From positions 72,113-136,112 of the forward strand of contig MCFH01000086.1 of assembly GCA_002104945.1 (NCBI GenBank): a stretch of DNA of 64,000 bases, read 5' to 3'. The notes below the pieces were generated by a model. The model was not told where the DNA came from and ran no database searches. It worked only from the letters and a program-made list of their open reading frames with translations. The first letter of the stretch is position 1; every line of letters starts with the position of its first letter. Below are positions 1 through 17,700 of the stretch, piece after piece. The translations under genes and the position numbers were made by a program. This DNA comes from Piromyces finnis finn. Its lineage: Eukaryota > Fungi > Neocallimastigomycota.

Positions 1-2881
1 ATCATCAGCAATATCTAATATATTCTTTCGGAAAATTCCAGTATCTGGGACAGACCAAGATAGACCACTACTGCTTGGAACAGAATGAGCAGAAATTGGA
101 CCTGGCAAATGAATATTTTGATTTTGAAGATGTTGATTTGCAAAAATTTGAATACTTAAAAGATATTTTTCAATTGATGGTGGTTGTTGATTTTTGGTTT
201 TTACAGATGATGTAGAAGTTGACTTTGGTCTTTTTGAGTGTCTAAATATTCTTTCAATGAAACGAACAGTTTGTTTTGGATAATATGTCATTAATCTAGT
301 AGTAATTATATTAATAAGCATAGATAATAATTTTAATTTTTTAGCTAAAACAAGATTAGCACGACCTTGAGAAGCTGTATTAAACTGAAATTTATCTAAA
401 ACATTAAGCATTGATGTTATCCAAGTATAATCCTTATTGCCAAATAAAAGTTGGGAAACTGGATCATCATTTGATCCAGTTGGATATTCAATATTTGTTG
501 GCTGGTCAGTTAAGGTTTGGAAAGCAATATTTAAGGTGATACGATTATTTTTATCTTCACCTTCTGGAATGTATTCTTCGAAATAAAACATACTTGGTGG
601 TTTTGATGATTGTGGATCAGTACCATCTAAATGTTTTCTTAAGGTACTATGTAATTCATGTGCTAACAAATATTCTTTAGCTGCATTTAAGTTAATTCTA
701 TTACAAGCAACCATATAATCAGTTACTTCAGCAATTGCATGTGATGGAGCACCAGCTGCAATTGCAATATTTCGAGCATGAAGAGACATATGACCTCTTT
801 GAATACCTTCTGTTGTTAAAGCTCTTACTGCGGCAAAATTTTGAGCAAGACCAACACAAGCGAAAATCTTTAATAATATTATTAAATTAGTTAATATTTA
901 AACTTTTTTTAGTTTAATTAAAAAAAAGAATAAACTTACAGCTGATAAAGCTTTAGAATCTGGATTACCCATAAGACCTAAAGTATAGTGATAAACAGGG
1001 TTGGTTTTTAATACACCACCCTTTGTACCAACAGCAATTGGCATTTTAATTTCACCACAGAAGTAACGTTGTTTAACCTTTTCATTATTGATTTCTTCTT
1101 CAATTTCCTCTATCCAATAACTAGTTAATGATTTATAATGACCCTTTACTGGTTCATTAACAGTCTCACTTGAACCAGAAGCAGCGTATGCATGTGCAGC
1201 AGCTTCTATAGCTCTCCAATCTTGACCAGTTGCTAAAGCAACGGCATCAATACCATTTAAGATACCTTTATTATGAGTAGTTGCTCTATAAACATCATCT
1301 TCAGCAAATTCATAAGCCTCAATAATACCTCTTGATACTTGTTCACCTGTAAATTTCTTATATTTCATTTTTTCAACTGGAATCTTAAATGAAGCCTAAA
1401 ATTATTAACATTTTATTAAAATAAAAGATAAAAATTTATTTATTTATTCCTTTACAAATACAAACATTATGTAGCATATAAACTTACAGTTACAATTCTT
1501 TCTGTACATAAATTAGAAACAATTCTTAATCCAATACGACCATTTGTTAAATCTGCAAGGAATGGTGCAACACCTTCTGCAACTGTACTAGCGCAATTAG
1601 CACCTTTAACAATATAGATTATATTATATTAAAATTTTTAGACTTTTTTTTAAAATAATATTAATAGTAGTAATACTAATGCTTACCCATTGCATCGCAA
1701 ACATCAATATGAAAATGACAAACTAACCATTCACTTGATTGAGAATCAAAAACTACTTGATTTGGTCTTACTTTTCTTTCATTCTTTTTAATTCTACGAA
1801 CTACCATATTTACAACACCACCACCTCTAGAGTACATATTTTGACAATATTGATTGGCAAATATGATAATTTCATTTTTCATATCATTTAACTAGTGATT
1901 CAATTATTATTTTAAAAAAAAATAATATATACTATAATTATTAATAACTCATATTTTCATATTGATAAATACTTCTTTTCTATTTTTAATAATAATAATA
2001 TTATTATTATTACCTTCTTTTCATTTTCATCCAATTTATCATCTGGAATATCTAAGATTACTACTTGTGCAAAAGTAATATTTCTTTCGGAGGTTTTGGT
2101 AAAAAAGGTTTTTCCTTTACCAAATTGAGAAACAGTTTTTGCTGCACCAGAAACTGCAGCTACTACCGATGGTTCTTCGATTGCCATTGGAACTATTATT
2201 GATTTGTTATCAATATTAAAATTTAATGCTACACCAACAGGTAATCCAAGTGTACTAAAATATTCATATATATTAATAATTTAAATAGAGTATTATTTGA
2301 TAAATAAAGTTGTAATTAATAATATTTTAAAATAATTAGTACTTAATATTAAATTTTATTCTCAAAAATAATTATACTTTAACATTTTAAATTAGCAATG
2401 AAATATTATTGTATTTAAAAAAAGTATTTTACTTAATTATAGGAAATTTACTAATATTTTAGTAAATTTCCTATAATTACATAAAAATGTCTTCAAATAT
2501 TTAAATTAAATAAAATAAAATATTTAATAACAATAATTACCCTACACAATTTTCAATCATATTATCAGCAATATGTTCATCTAATGATGTAATTGGAAAT
2601 TTTTCTTCATGTACACCCAAACTACTTAAATCTGAAGTTGATTCATTACGATTAATTGAAACATCTGAAGCAGATTCAGTTAAATTAGATAATGAACCTA
2701 ATGAAGGCGAATTAAGGAATGAAGTTTTAGATATAAGTGGTGAAATTGGTGGAAAGAGATTTGGAAATGCTAATTTCAATTGATTTTGTCTTTCCTTTAA
2801 TGCTTTTTTGTAAAAACCAGACCAAATGTTTACTTTTTGTTCTGTTTGAGACTTAACTTCTATTGGTACTGTCGTCATCAT
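1..2881 (-). CDS. mvaA: Class II (bacterial/archaeal-type) HMG-CoA reductase with >=220-aa C-terminal extension; 3'-partial, at least 6 exons
   Basis: Exons 2881-2541, 2254-2014, 1891-1687, 1603-1488, 1395-940, 867-<1 join in frame at GT-AG sites. Class II motifs: [83 protein letters not shown]. The catalytic Glu/Lys/Asp/His equivalents are all present. The last exon is open to the window edge. Confidence 0.93.
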
Positions 2882-5800
2882 TACTTTAATATATTAATAT
2901 ACTTTAATTATTATTTACTTAAAAAAAAAAACACCAGAAATATTTACTTTTATTTTTTTTTTCTTAAAAATTTTAAAATTATCAATATTATTATACTATT
3001 CAAAAATAAATAAGATAATTAGTATTATCATTAATATTAAAATATTAAAATTATATAAATTAATATTTACAAATATTTTCCAATTTTTTTTATTAAAAAA
3101 TATAAAAAAGGAAAAAGGTTTATATTATATATTATTAAATAGAAACAATATATATAAAGTTAGTATATTTATTGCGAGTTAAGTTATAAAATCTTTCTTT
3201 TTATTTTTAAATAGAAATATTAATTAAATCAATATTTATATATTTTTGTTTATTATTATAATAGCAAGAATATTTGTAATAAATAATGTAACTTATTTTT
3301 TCTAGAATTGTAATCATAAAAAAAAGATATTTCTAATTTAAATATTAATTTCTGTAATTAATAATTACTTTAAAAATTATGATATTATGTTTATATCTAT
3401 ATCACTTATATACTTTTATGTTTATAAATGAATTATTTTAATTTTAAAGATAACTTTTTTCTATGTTTATATTATTATAATAAATATTTTTCATTTTTAT
3501 TATTTACTTATTATCAATTCAAGATTTTAAGATTTTTACTCTTTTCTTCCTTACTATCTTTTTTTTTTTTTTTTTTTAATTTGTTCTTCTATTAAACTTT
3601 TTAAAAAAAATAGTTATGAAAAAAAAAAATAAAGTTATGAAAAAAAAAAAAGGCATATAATATTTTAAATGATAATATGATTAATTAAAATTAATTATAT
3701 TTCCAATATATTATATTATAATAATATGTATATATATTATGAGATTTAACAATATATTTGAAATAAAATAAACATCAAACATCAAAAATAATATATTATA
3801 TATATTTTGATTTAATTTATATATACATAGAATTTATTATATAATATATTTAGCCATACTTTAGTTTTTAATCAAATATAAAACTAAAATAAATATAAAA
3901 ATTTCAAATAAATTAATATCAATATTAAACACAAATTATTTATTCCAAACTTCAATTTATAACTTCGTATATAATGATATATTAATATTAATTATTTAAT
4001 ACAGTTTTATTATAATATTTATTATTAAAAAATTTTTTAGTATAAATTTTATTAAATGAAAAAATTAATTATTTCATAGTAAAAATATTATTCCTTAGAA
4101 TGTTGATATAATTTCCAATATTTATAATATTTATGGTAAGACTAAAACAGTCATAAAAATACAATCTAATTATTAAAGGAAAATCAATAAGTATAATACC
4201 ATTTCTTCTATATTGCCATTATCCAAATCATTATTCAAGGGTATTAAGAATGTCGACACCAACAAAAGAATATCAAAGGTTTATTCTGTGAAAAAAGAGA
4301 AAATAAAAGATGCTTAATTTCAACTCTATCATTGTAAATTTAATTTATTTAATAACGAGTATCGGTTAATAAAGTATGTTTATTATTATTATTATTATTA
4401 AATGTTAAAATAAAATAGTACTGTTAAATTAATTTTTTTGTTTTGTTTGATTAATCATTTTACATTACATTAAAAGATAGAATATTAAATTTCATATAAT
4501 TTTTTGTGGTATTAACCCTATTCTCTCTCACAAAAAAAAAAAAAAAAAAAAAAATCTTTATAAATAAAATCATAAAATTGTCTTTAATTCTATTTTTTTT
4601 TTTTTTTTCAAAAATAAAAAAAATATTAATTTGTCTATTTTTCCACTTAATAAAAGATTAATATTTATTAAATAATATAATCTTAAATATATTAATTATA
4701 TATAATTATATATTGGTTATAAATGTAAAGTTAAATACTTAATCTTTTAATTTAAACTTTGTGAAATATAATATATAACATTAAAATGTTATTGTCATAT
4801 TATAATTTAATTTAAATAAAATTTTATTTATTTATACAGAAACTTAATAAAAATTATTTTAGTTAGTATAATAAAATGAAAAATATTCCATTATTGATAT
4901 TTAATATTAATTATAACAATAATATTCTAATTAATAGAAGGCAATATAAAGAAATAAAACATTCTTATTTTTTGAAAGAATATTAATTTATTTATATTTA
5001 ATCTTTAAAACTAATGATTTAATTTGTATATAAAAAAAAGATTAAGTTTTATTAAAGTTTTTAAACTTTAATTATATCTTATTTCATAATATATTATCTG
5101 TACTACATAAATAAATAAATAAGATAATAATTAATGATAATAATCGTTTGGTATTACTATTTATTATTATTAATAGTGATTATTAACGAAGGGTAAAGAG
5201 AAAAGATTTTTTATTTATAGCAGTAATATATATTAGAGAAAGAATAATATACTTTTCATTATACATCATGAATAAAAAAAATTATTCTGTTTAATTCAAA
5301 ATAATTAATACTAATTATTTGTTTGTTATATATTTATTAATTTATTAAAAAATCTATTTTAATTGAATTATATTATTATATTTATAAAAATACAGTTATT
5401 AATAATATAACCAGTATAACCCAAATTATAATAAATTTAAGTAATATTTAGTTATAGTAATTATTAAAAGAAAAAAAAGATAAATATTAAATTTTGTATA
5501 TAATGATCCAAAATATATTATAAGAAAGAAAAAAATTCTTACTGAAAACATTAAAATGTAATGGTAACAATACGTCAATATAATATATGCACAAATTTAT
5601 ATTAGAATTTGATATCATTTATTTATTGCTGTTTATATACTTTATTAATGAAAAATACCATATTATTCATATAAAATTTAATTTTATAAAATTTAAATTT
5701 CATTTATATTTCAATAATCTATTACTGCAACAACTATCATTATTATCATTTTTATTTAATTTATTTTTTTAAATAATAATAAGCATGCAATTAATTTTGT

Positions 5801-7401
5801 AAAATTTAAAAATAATAGTTTTAATATTTATTTTTTTAGCAATTTTTATTAGAACGATTGTTATTTTCGATATATTCTGTTAATGTTTATTTTTAATTAC
5901 ATAGTATATAAAATAACATCTTTTTTTATTAAAAAAAATTATCAGATTCGCCTTTTAGTCAACATAATTGTTATGTTTTTTTTTCTTAATAAAATGTTAA
6001 AAAAAGAAAAGAGTCAATTATTAATCTAAAATTGTAAATTTTAGCGCTAAATCATTTTGATATAGCTAAAAAAGAGAAATAATCATCAATATCTTTTTTT
6101 TTATCACCAAATGAATAAAAAGGTGATAATTAAAGAAAAAATATATAATTATCTCAATCTTTTTTATTTTAGCTAAAATATTTTAAATTATATAATTTCT
6201 CATTTTCAATCTTTTTTTTATTAGAAAAAAAAACCTGTTTACCAAAGATATCATCATGTTTCTCCAATGTTATAAATATACTACTATTGTTATATACATT
6301 CTAAAATCTAAAATTATTTTAAATTTTTTTGTATATAAAATCTTCTAAATATTTTTTGTAATATAAAAATAAAAATTTTTAAACAGTTTCAATTATTTAT
6401 AAATTATGCATATAATTATTTATTATAATTGATTGGGTTTATATTAATATATTTATAAAAAAGATTTTGACTATTAGAAAAAAATTAATAAATGTATAAT
6501 TCATTTTCTTTTACTTAATATAAATTAATGTTAATTAATATAATTAAACAATTAATTAATATTTAGCAATTTACATTAAATTTATTACTTTGCAAAAATA
6601 TTATTATTAATATAATAATTGTATTTTATTTTTTTAACAATCAAGTATAGTATAATTTAAAAAAAAAAATATTGATAAATAAAATATTTTTTTTCTAACT
6701 ATTATTTATTAAAGATATCATAATTTAAGAAATATATTAGTATATTTTAAAATAATATTAATAAATATTTTTTTCAAACATTTTATTGAATTATGTAAAA
6801 TTATAAAAAGGTATAAAATTGATTATTCTTATATTGGTAAAAAATATAATAAAAGAATCTAATATATATATATAAATCATTAATATTATATTTCGAAAGA
6901 TATATATATATAAATAATTGAAAGAAATTATTGCATTAATTTTTAATTACTTACTAATTATTTTCATTCATTTTTATTAACCTATATTTATATATAAAGA
7001 ATTTTTTAACAAATATGTTTTAAAAGCATGTATATAACTTTTATAAAATTTTCATTATTATAAAACAATAAAATAAAAACATAAAAGCTCATTATATTAT
7101 GATATAGCAACAAAAACAATTCATAATGAAAGAAAAAATATTTAAGAAAAAATATATATATATGAACATTAAAAGTATTATAATACAAAATATAACAACC
7201 AATAATCTTTTATACTCTAAATTATTGTATAATAAATAACAATAATTAAAAACAAAAACGAAATAAAATAAAACAAACAAAGAAAAAAATAATAATAATT
7301 TATTTATATATATTTCACAATCTTTAAGTGATTTTAATAAATAAATAAATACTTTTAAATTCTACCTTAATTATCATTATTTCATGATAATTAAATAAGA
7401 A

Positions 7402-11584
<4,183 letters not shown>

Positions 11585-11968
11585 AATAACGATTAAGCTT
11601 TCACCCTTTTATTTGTATAATTTTATAATTACTACTATTTATTAATTTAATAAATATTTAATTAAATTTATTTAAAATTAAATTCTTTTTTTTTTTTTTC
11701 AATAATATTATATACCAATAATATTTTAAAATATTTTAAAATATTATTATTACTATGAAAAAATAAAGTAAGAATTTTATAACTATTTTATTTATATATT
11801 CTTATTCTATTTATTAAAAAAGATTATCATCAATAGTAATAAAAAAAGATAGTACTTTTTTTCTATATATAATTTACTTTTATAACAGTTAATTTTTTTA
11901 AAAAAATTTTATTATTTATTAAGATTTATTAAAAATTTAATTTTATCTGGTAAAATAATTATTGTTAA

Positions 11969-12175
11969 GCCGTTTTTTTATTTATTTTTTTCTATTATAT
12001 AATTAAACATATTAAATAATACATTTTTAATTAGTATTAATATATTATTAATATTAAAATTTTGATTAAATTCAATATATTCATTATTATATAAATTTTT
12101 AAAATGTATATTTTTTTTTTAGTAATAAAAATTTTTAATTTAGTATACATTTAAAAGTGCCGTTTTTTTTATTTA
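11969..12175. promoter_or_regulatory. Twice-repeated GCCG(T)7-8ATTTAT motif upstream of the expansin gene (candidate cis element)
   Basis: Copies begin at 11969 and 12159, about 690 and 500 bp before the ATG at 12655, in otherwise nearly GC-free DNA. Function is inferred only. Confidence 0.25.
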
Positions 12176-12654
12176 TATTTATATATATTTTTATTATTGT
12201 TTAATTTTTATTAAAAATATATTAGTTATTTTGTTTCCTTATTTTTTTAAAATATATAAATATGATTATTTCCCATTACAATTTAATCTTCATTTAATAT
12301 TTAAATCAGATAAATATAATAATTGTTTTAGTAATTGAAGGTCATATAAATCTAATTATAACATAGTAATTAATTTAAAAATATTAAAAGTATTTATTAA
12401 TAAAAGTATTTTCCTTTATAAATATATAAAGAAAAAGCAATTTAATAAATATTTTAAAATATTACTGTAAAATTTTAATAAATTTAATTGTATAATAGTT
12501 TTTAGTTTTTATTATAATAAATATTAACAATAATTAATAAAAATTAATTGATATCATAATAACAATAGTAGTATTAATAGAAATATAAAAAAGTAATTCA
12601 AATAATTTATTATTGTAATATATATACATACATATATTTTATAAAATAATAAAA

Positions 12655-14271
12655 ATGAAATCATTAAATAATTTAATTATAAGTCTTGTTTTATTAACAA
12701 CTGCTCAATGTGGTTTAATTAAAAGAAATACTGGGTCAATTAATGATTTTTCAAGATATTCAGGTTTAACAGAATTAATTAATGCCAATAAAGCTAATTT
12801 CCAAAATATTTTCAAAGATGGACCAATTTACTCAGGTGAAGGTACTGCATATGGTGCAGCTACAAATGGAGGAAATTGTTTATTCCCAAAAGATGAATAT
12901 TATAAAGATATGATGTATGCTGCATTAAATAGAGATCAATATTTAAATGATTTGGGTAAGTATATATATGATAAATAGTTTGTTAACATTAATGAATAAT
13001 AATTTATATTAAATATATATTTATTTCAATGCCACTTCATAAAAGGATGTGGGGCATGTGCTTTAGTAGTTTCAACTAGTAACCCATATAAACCAATTCG
13101 AATTCGTGTCATTGATCAATGTCCAGAATGTAAACACGGAGATCTTGATTTTAGTGATAAAGCTTATAAAGCTTTAACTAATCAATCTCCTGGAAGAATA
13201 AAGATTACATGGGCACTCATTCCATGCGATATTCCAGTTGAAGAATATCCAGCATTAGTTCCTAAAGGATCAGACATTAAATTCCAATTTAAAACTGGTA
13301 GTTCAGCTACTTGGACTGAAATCCAAGTTTTTAATACAAGATACCCAGTTGCTAAATTCGAAGCAAAAGTAAATGGTAATTATGAACAATTGAAACGTCG
13401 TGATTATAATTATTGGGGAAAAGAAGGTGGAGCCGGTCTAGGAAATGGCCCATTTGAATTTAGAGTAACTTTAGCCGATGGTTCTGTTATTACAGCAACA
13501 AATGTTGAATTTGCTATTCAAGGAAATGATGAAGATGCTACTTTCTCTTCTGGAAAGCAAACCGTTACTGGTGGAACAAGTAGCTCAGGTGGGAGTTTTC
13601 AAGAAAATTCTCCAAATCCTCAAAACAATAATAATAATAACAATAATCTTGGCAATATTGGTGGTAATAATATGCCATCAGTTCCGAAACAAGTTACATC
13701 TTCAAATTCAACTACAAAGACTGTTACATTAGGTAATACAAAAACTATTCCTCCAAATTTAGGTAACAATAATACAATTTCTGTAAAAACAGTTCCCTCT
13801 GTTTCTCCTACTACTCAAAATAATAATCCAAAAACCAATTCAGTAATAACTTCAAAAACAATACCAAACATTGGAAGTATTCCAACACAAGTTATTCCAA
13901 GCATTAATTCAAAGAATATCCCAACTAATTCCCAAACAAATAATAATAGTAATTCAAACACTAAATCTGTACCAGAAACTAGCATTAATTCGTCACCAAA
14001 TTCCAACAGCAATAAAGATAATTCATGGGGCAATTGGTGGGGAAACAATGACTGGTTTAAAGGATGGGATAAATGGGGAAAAAACAATAATTCTAACCCA
14101 TGGGGATGGGGAAATATGTGGGGATGGAATAATAAGAATAATGCTGACTCTAGTCCATGGGGATGGGGAAATTGGATGAAAGGATGGAAAAATAGTGATT
14201 TTGTTTCCTATAAACCAAGTAACAATAGCACATCAGCCTCCGATAAATGGTGGATCAAGAACCAATGGTAA
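12655..14271 (+). CDS. Secreted expansin-like protein (DPBB/EG45-like domain + CBM63-like domain), N/T/S/P linker, Trp/Gly/Asn-rich tail; 2 exons
   Basis: Signal peptide MKSLNNLIISLVLLTTAQC. Exons 12655-12955 and 13046-14271. Motifs GEGTAYG..GGNC, YAALNRDQY..GCGAC, VIDQCPECKHGDLDFS, ITWALIPC, GSSATWTEIQVFNTRYPVAKFE, KRRDYNYW, GPFEFRVT resemble bacterial EXLX1/YoaJ-type expansins. Confidence 0.88.
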
Positions 14272-14704
14272 AAAATAAAAAAATAAAAAAAAAAAAAAAA
14301 ATAATAATAAGTAAAAATGTAATATCTTGTTATATTATTTTCTATTTCTTTAATATCTCAATTTATATTTATTTAATAATTTTTATTATACTTTGTATGT
14401 ATATTTTTTTTTTTTTTTTTTTTTTTTTGACTTATTTATTAAAATTAATTAAAAAGTTAATTTGTTCATTAATAAAAAGTATTTTATTTCAAATATTACA
14501 AAATTATTTATATAAAATTATTTATATTATTTTATTTTTGAAAAACAAATATCTTTATTCGTGTTTTTAATTTATATTAATAAAAAAGATAAAAAAGAAT
14601 AAAAAAAAAAAAAGGAGTTAAATAATATTATTATAATAATTATGAATAATAGATTAGAAAATAAAATATATATTTGTATTGTTTTAATCAATCTAAAAAA
14701 AAAA

Positions 14705-17700
14705 TTAATTTAAATTTGTTTTCATTAATTCTCTAAACTTAAATATATATGAAAGTTTTTGTTTTACATCTTTAGGTATAGGTTGGTCTAAATAGTAACT
14801 ATAATATAAAAAATATATAGAATTATAAGAATATTATTTTATATTTATTAGTTGAAGAAAATATTGTATTTTAAATTAATACTTACATTATATGTTTTTT
14901 ATAATTAATATCTTGATAATTAAGATATTGTAATTGGTTTGGTTTTCTTGACTCTAAAATAATATTTGTGCCATCAATAAAAAAAATTGAAAATTTTCCA
15001 TAAGTTTTAATACACCAACCAACTTTTGGTATAAATGTAGTCATGGAATTAGAAGATATGCTAGATAGGGAAGAAGATGTTGATAGAGACTCATTTGGTT
15101 GACTTTTATTTGCATTAGTAACTGTTGCTGATGAAGTGGCATTAGAAGAAATAGTAATTGGTGATGAATTTCTCTTTAATTGAGAAAAATCATGTATAGA
15201 ATTCTCATTAGTTTTTGATATATCTAAATTAAATAATAAATATAAATTAATTAAAAGCTGATTTGAATTTAAATTAATATTTTTAATTACTATCATTGAT
15301 TTACCATCATAATTTTCTTTATTACTAGTTTCACTTATTGATGCTAATATTTCTGAATTGGAATAAATATTTGAGGAACATAAATTCTTTTTCGAATTTA
15401 GATTCATTTCTGAATGAGCCTTACGTAACAAACCCTCTGAGACTATGAAAATAATATTAAATTTATTAATTAATTATTATTAAAGAATTTTATAATTTTA
15501 CTAATATTAGTTTGTGACAAAAATAAAAATTTACTTACATTTATTATGCTTATTATTTTTGGATTGTAAATAAGACGTTGAATAAATGTTATTATTATTT
15601 TTATTAAATGTCGTCTGATTTATTGACATTGAACTCGAATTAAATAAAGTTGTTGATTGAATACTGTTTGCAGTATTATCGGTCGTATAATTGTCTATTT
15701 TTTTTATAGCGCTATTTGAAATATTTTGCTCTATTTGTTTGAAATAAAAAAAATTATATATTTAATATAAATAAATATTATATATAATTATTTTAATAAT
15801 AGCTATTACCTTGAGATGTTTGATTTATTTTATTTGTGATTGATGATGAAATAATTCCTTCTGTATCATCATTAATAATATGAGAAGAAGAATTCTTTTC
15901 ATTTAATAATAGATTTGAATTTGTGCTAGGAGGAATGTGATTGATAGAATATACATTATTAATAGATGCATTTTCTTCCTCTAATTTTTTATCTTCCATT
16001 ACTTTACATTTAACAATTAAAGGGTATTTTGATATGTTTTTATTACTCTGGAAAGAAAGACATTGCTTAAAACATACTTGAAAATGATTTATTATTGGAT
16101 AAACAATAGATGGATCATGTTCATTTATATGCTCAATTAATTTTGTTGATAACAAATATGATGAATCAAAATTTGAAATCGGTATCTTTACTGAAAAAAA
16201 ATTATTTTTTATTGCTTTTACATTTACATTATTCATAATGTTTTGTTCTTCTAAATATTTAGTTGGAAAACTAATTTCGATAGCTTGATGTGATATACGA
16301 AGACTCAATTTTACATCATTATAAAACCTCATCTCAAAATCAGGATATGGTTGATTTTCCATTAGAAGACATTGTGCTTGAGAAGAATAAAATATTATCT
16401 TCGGGGTTTTGGAACGAATATACTGAATAATTTTCGATATTGCAGAATATATTGAATACAATGATGAAGGAAGATTTCTAAAAATATATACCGTTTTAGG
16501 TGCATTTGATTTTAGGATATTTTCTCCTGATTCAGTTTCGGAAAATGAATCTTTATTATAAACAGAAATCTAATTATGTTTTTAATAATAAAAATAATAT
16601 ATATATATATATGTGTGTGTGTGTATGTATTTATATATTTATAATTTATTATTTTTTAATCAATAAATTAATTAATTAATTAATTAATATATTTTTAAAC
16701 TATTATAATCATTATTATTTTTTACATTACCTTCTCACCCTTTCCATTAATTATTAATATATAATTGTCTTTGGTAAATCTAACAAAAACATGACCACTT
16801 TTTAAAATTTCTAATTTTCCAGCTTTAAAAGAAACCTTACATGGTTTTAACCTTTCTGTTGATATAATAATATTTTCATCTTCATGTTTTAAATTAACCG
16901 GTGATAATGATAAAGATGTATGTGGTTGTTTAATTGATGATAAAGAATGCTGTTTTCTGATTCCATGATTAAATTTAATGTTTTCTGAAACTGAAAATTT
17001 ACTATCAAAATTGTCAGATGATTTTTTTGATTTCGGTATATTTTGAAAATCATTTAACACCATGTTTGAATAATTGTTATTTAATTCATTTATATCATAA
17101 TCTAATAATACATTATTATTTGATAATATTTTTGAGTCTCTATAATATATATTGGAATCTTTAATATTATCAATGTTGTTATTTGATGTTTTAATATTTT
17201 CTATTGATGGATTCGTAGATGATATTGATGATGTATATGGTTGAGAATTATATTTATCATTCAAATTTAAACTACTTGATTTTGATAATGGATAACTTTT
17301 ATATTTTTTATTATAATTTTCATATATATTAGAAGGATTTCTTATATCATTTATTTGATTATTAATATTATTAACATTTGTGCTGGTATCATTATTTATA
17401 TTAATATTATCAGTGTTGCTACTATTATGTTGTATTCGGTCTAATATATTAGATTTATTTTCATTTTTATCATTTTCTTTTGTTAATGAATTATTATATA
17501 AAAAATTATAATTTAAAATCTTTTCTTTTTTAATAGCTGAGGAAGTTATATTTGAGGTATCATGATTATAATAAATATTTTTATTAAAATCATTATTAGG
17601 ATTTTGATCAACTTTTTTTCTATTTAACTTATTTTGATTCTCTTTATTTGGTATATCATATAACTCTGAAGGTTTATTTTTATTATCATTCTCTTTTTCA

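Noticed and set aside
5947-5958. TTCGCCTTTTAG resembling U5 snRNA loop I
   Set aside because: The invariant loop is GCCUUUUAC; here it ends in G, and I saw no flanking stem or Sm site.
5587-7280. Short F/I/L/Y-rich ORFs (5587-5772, 7006-7188, 7092-7280)
   Set aside because: Composition is what AT-rich intergenic DNA gives by chance; no motifs or splice support.
13478-14570. Alternative-frame and antisense ORFs over the expansin gene
   Set aside because: Shadow frames of the real low-complexity coding sequence and its 3' flank.
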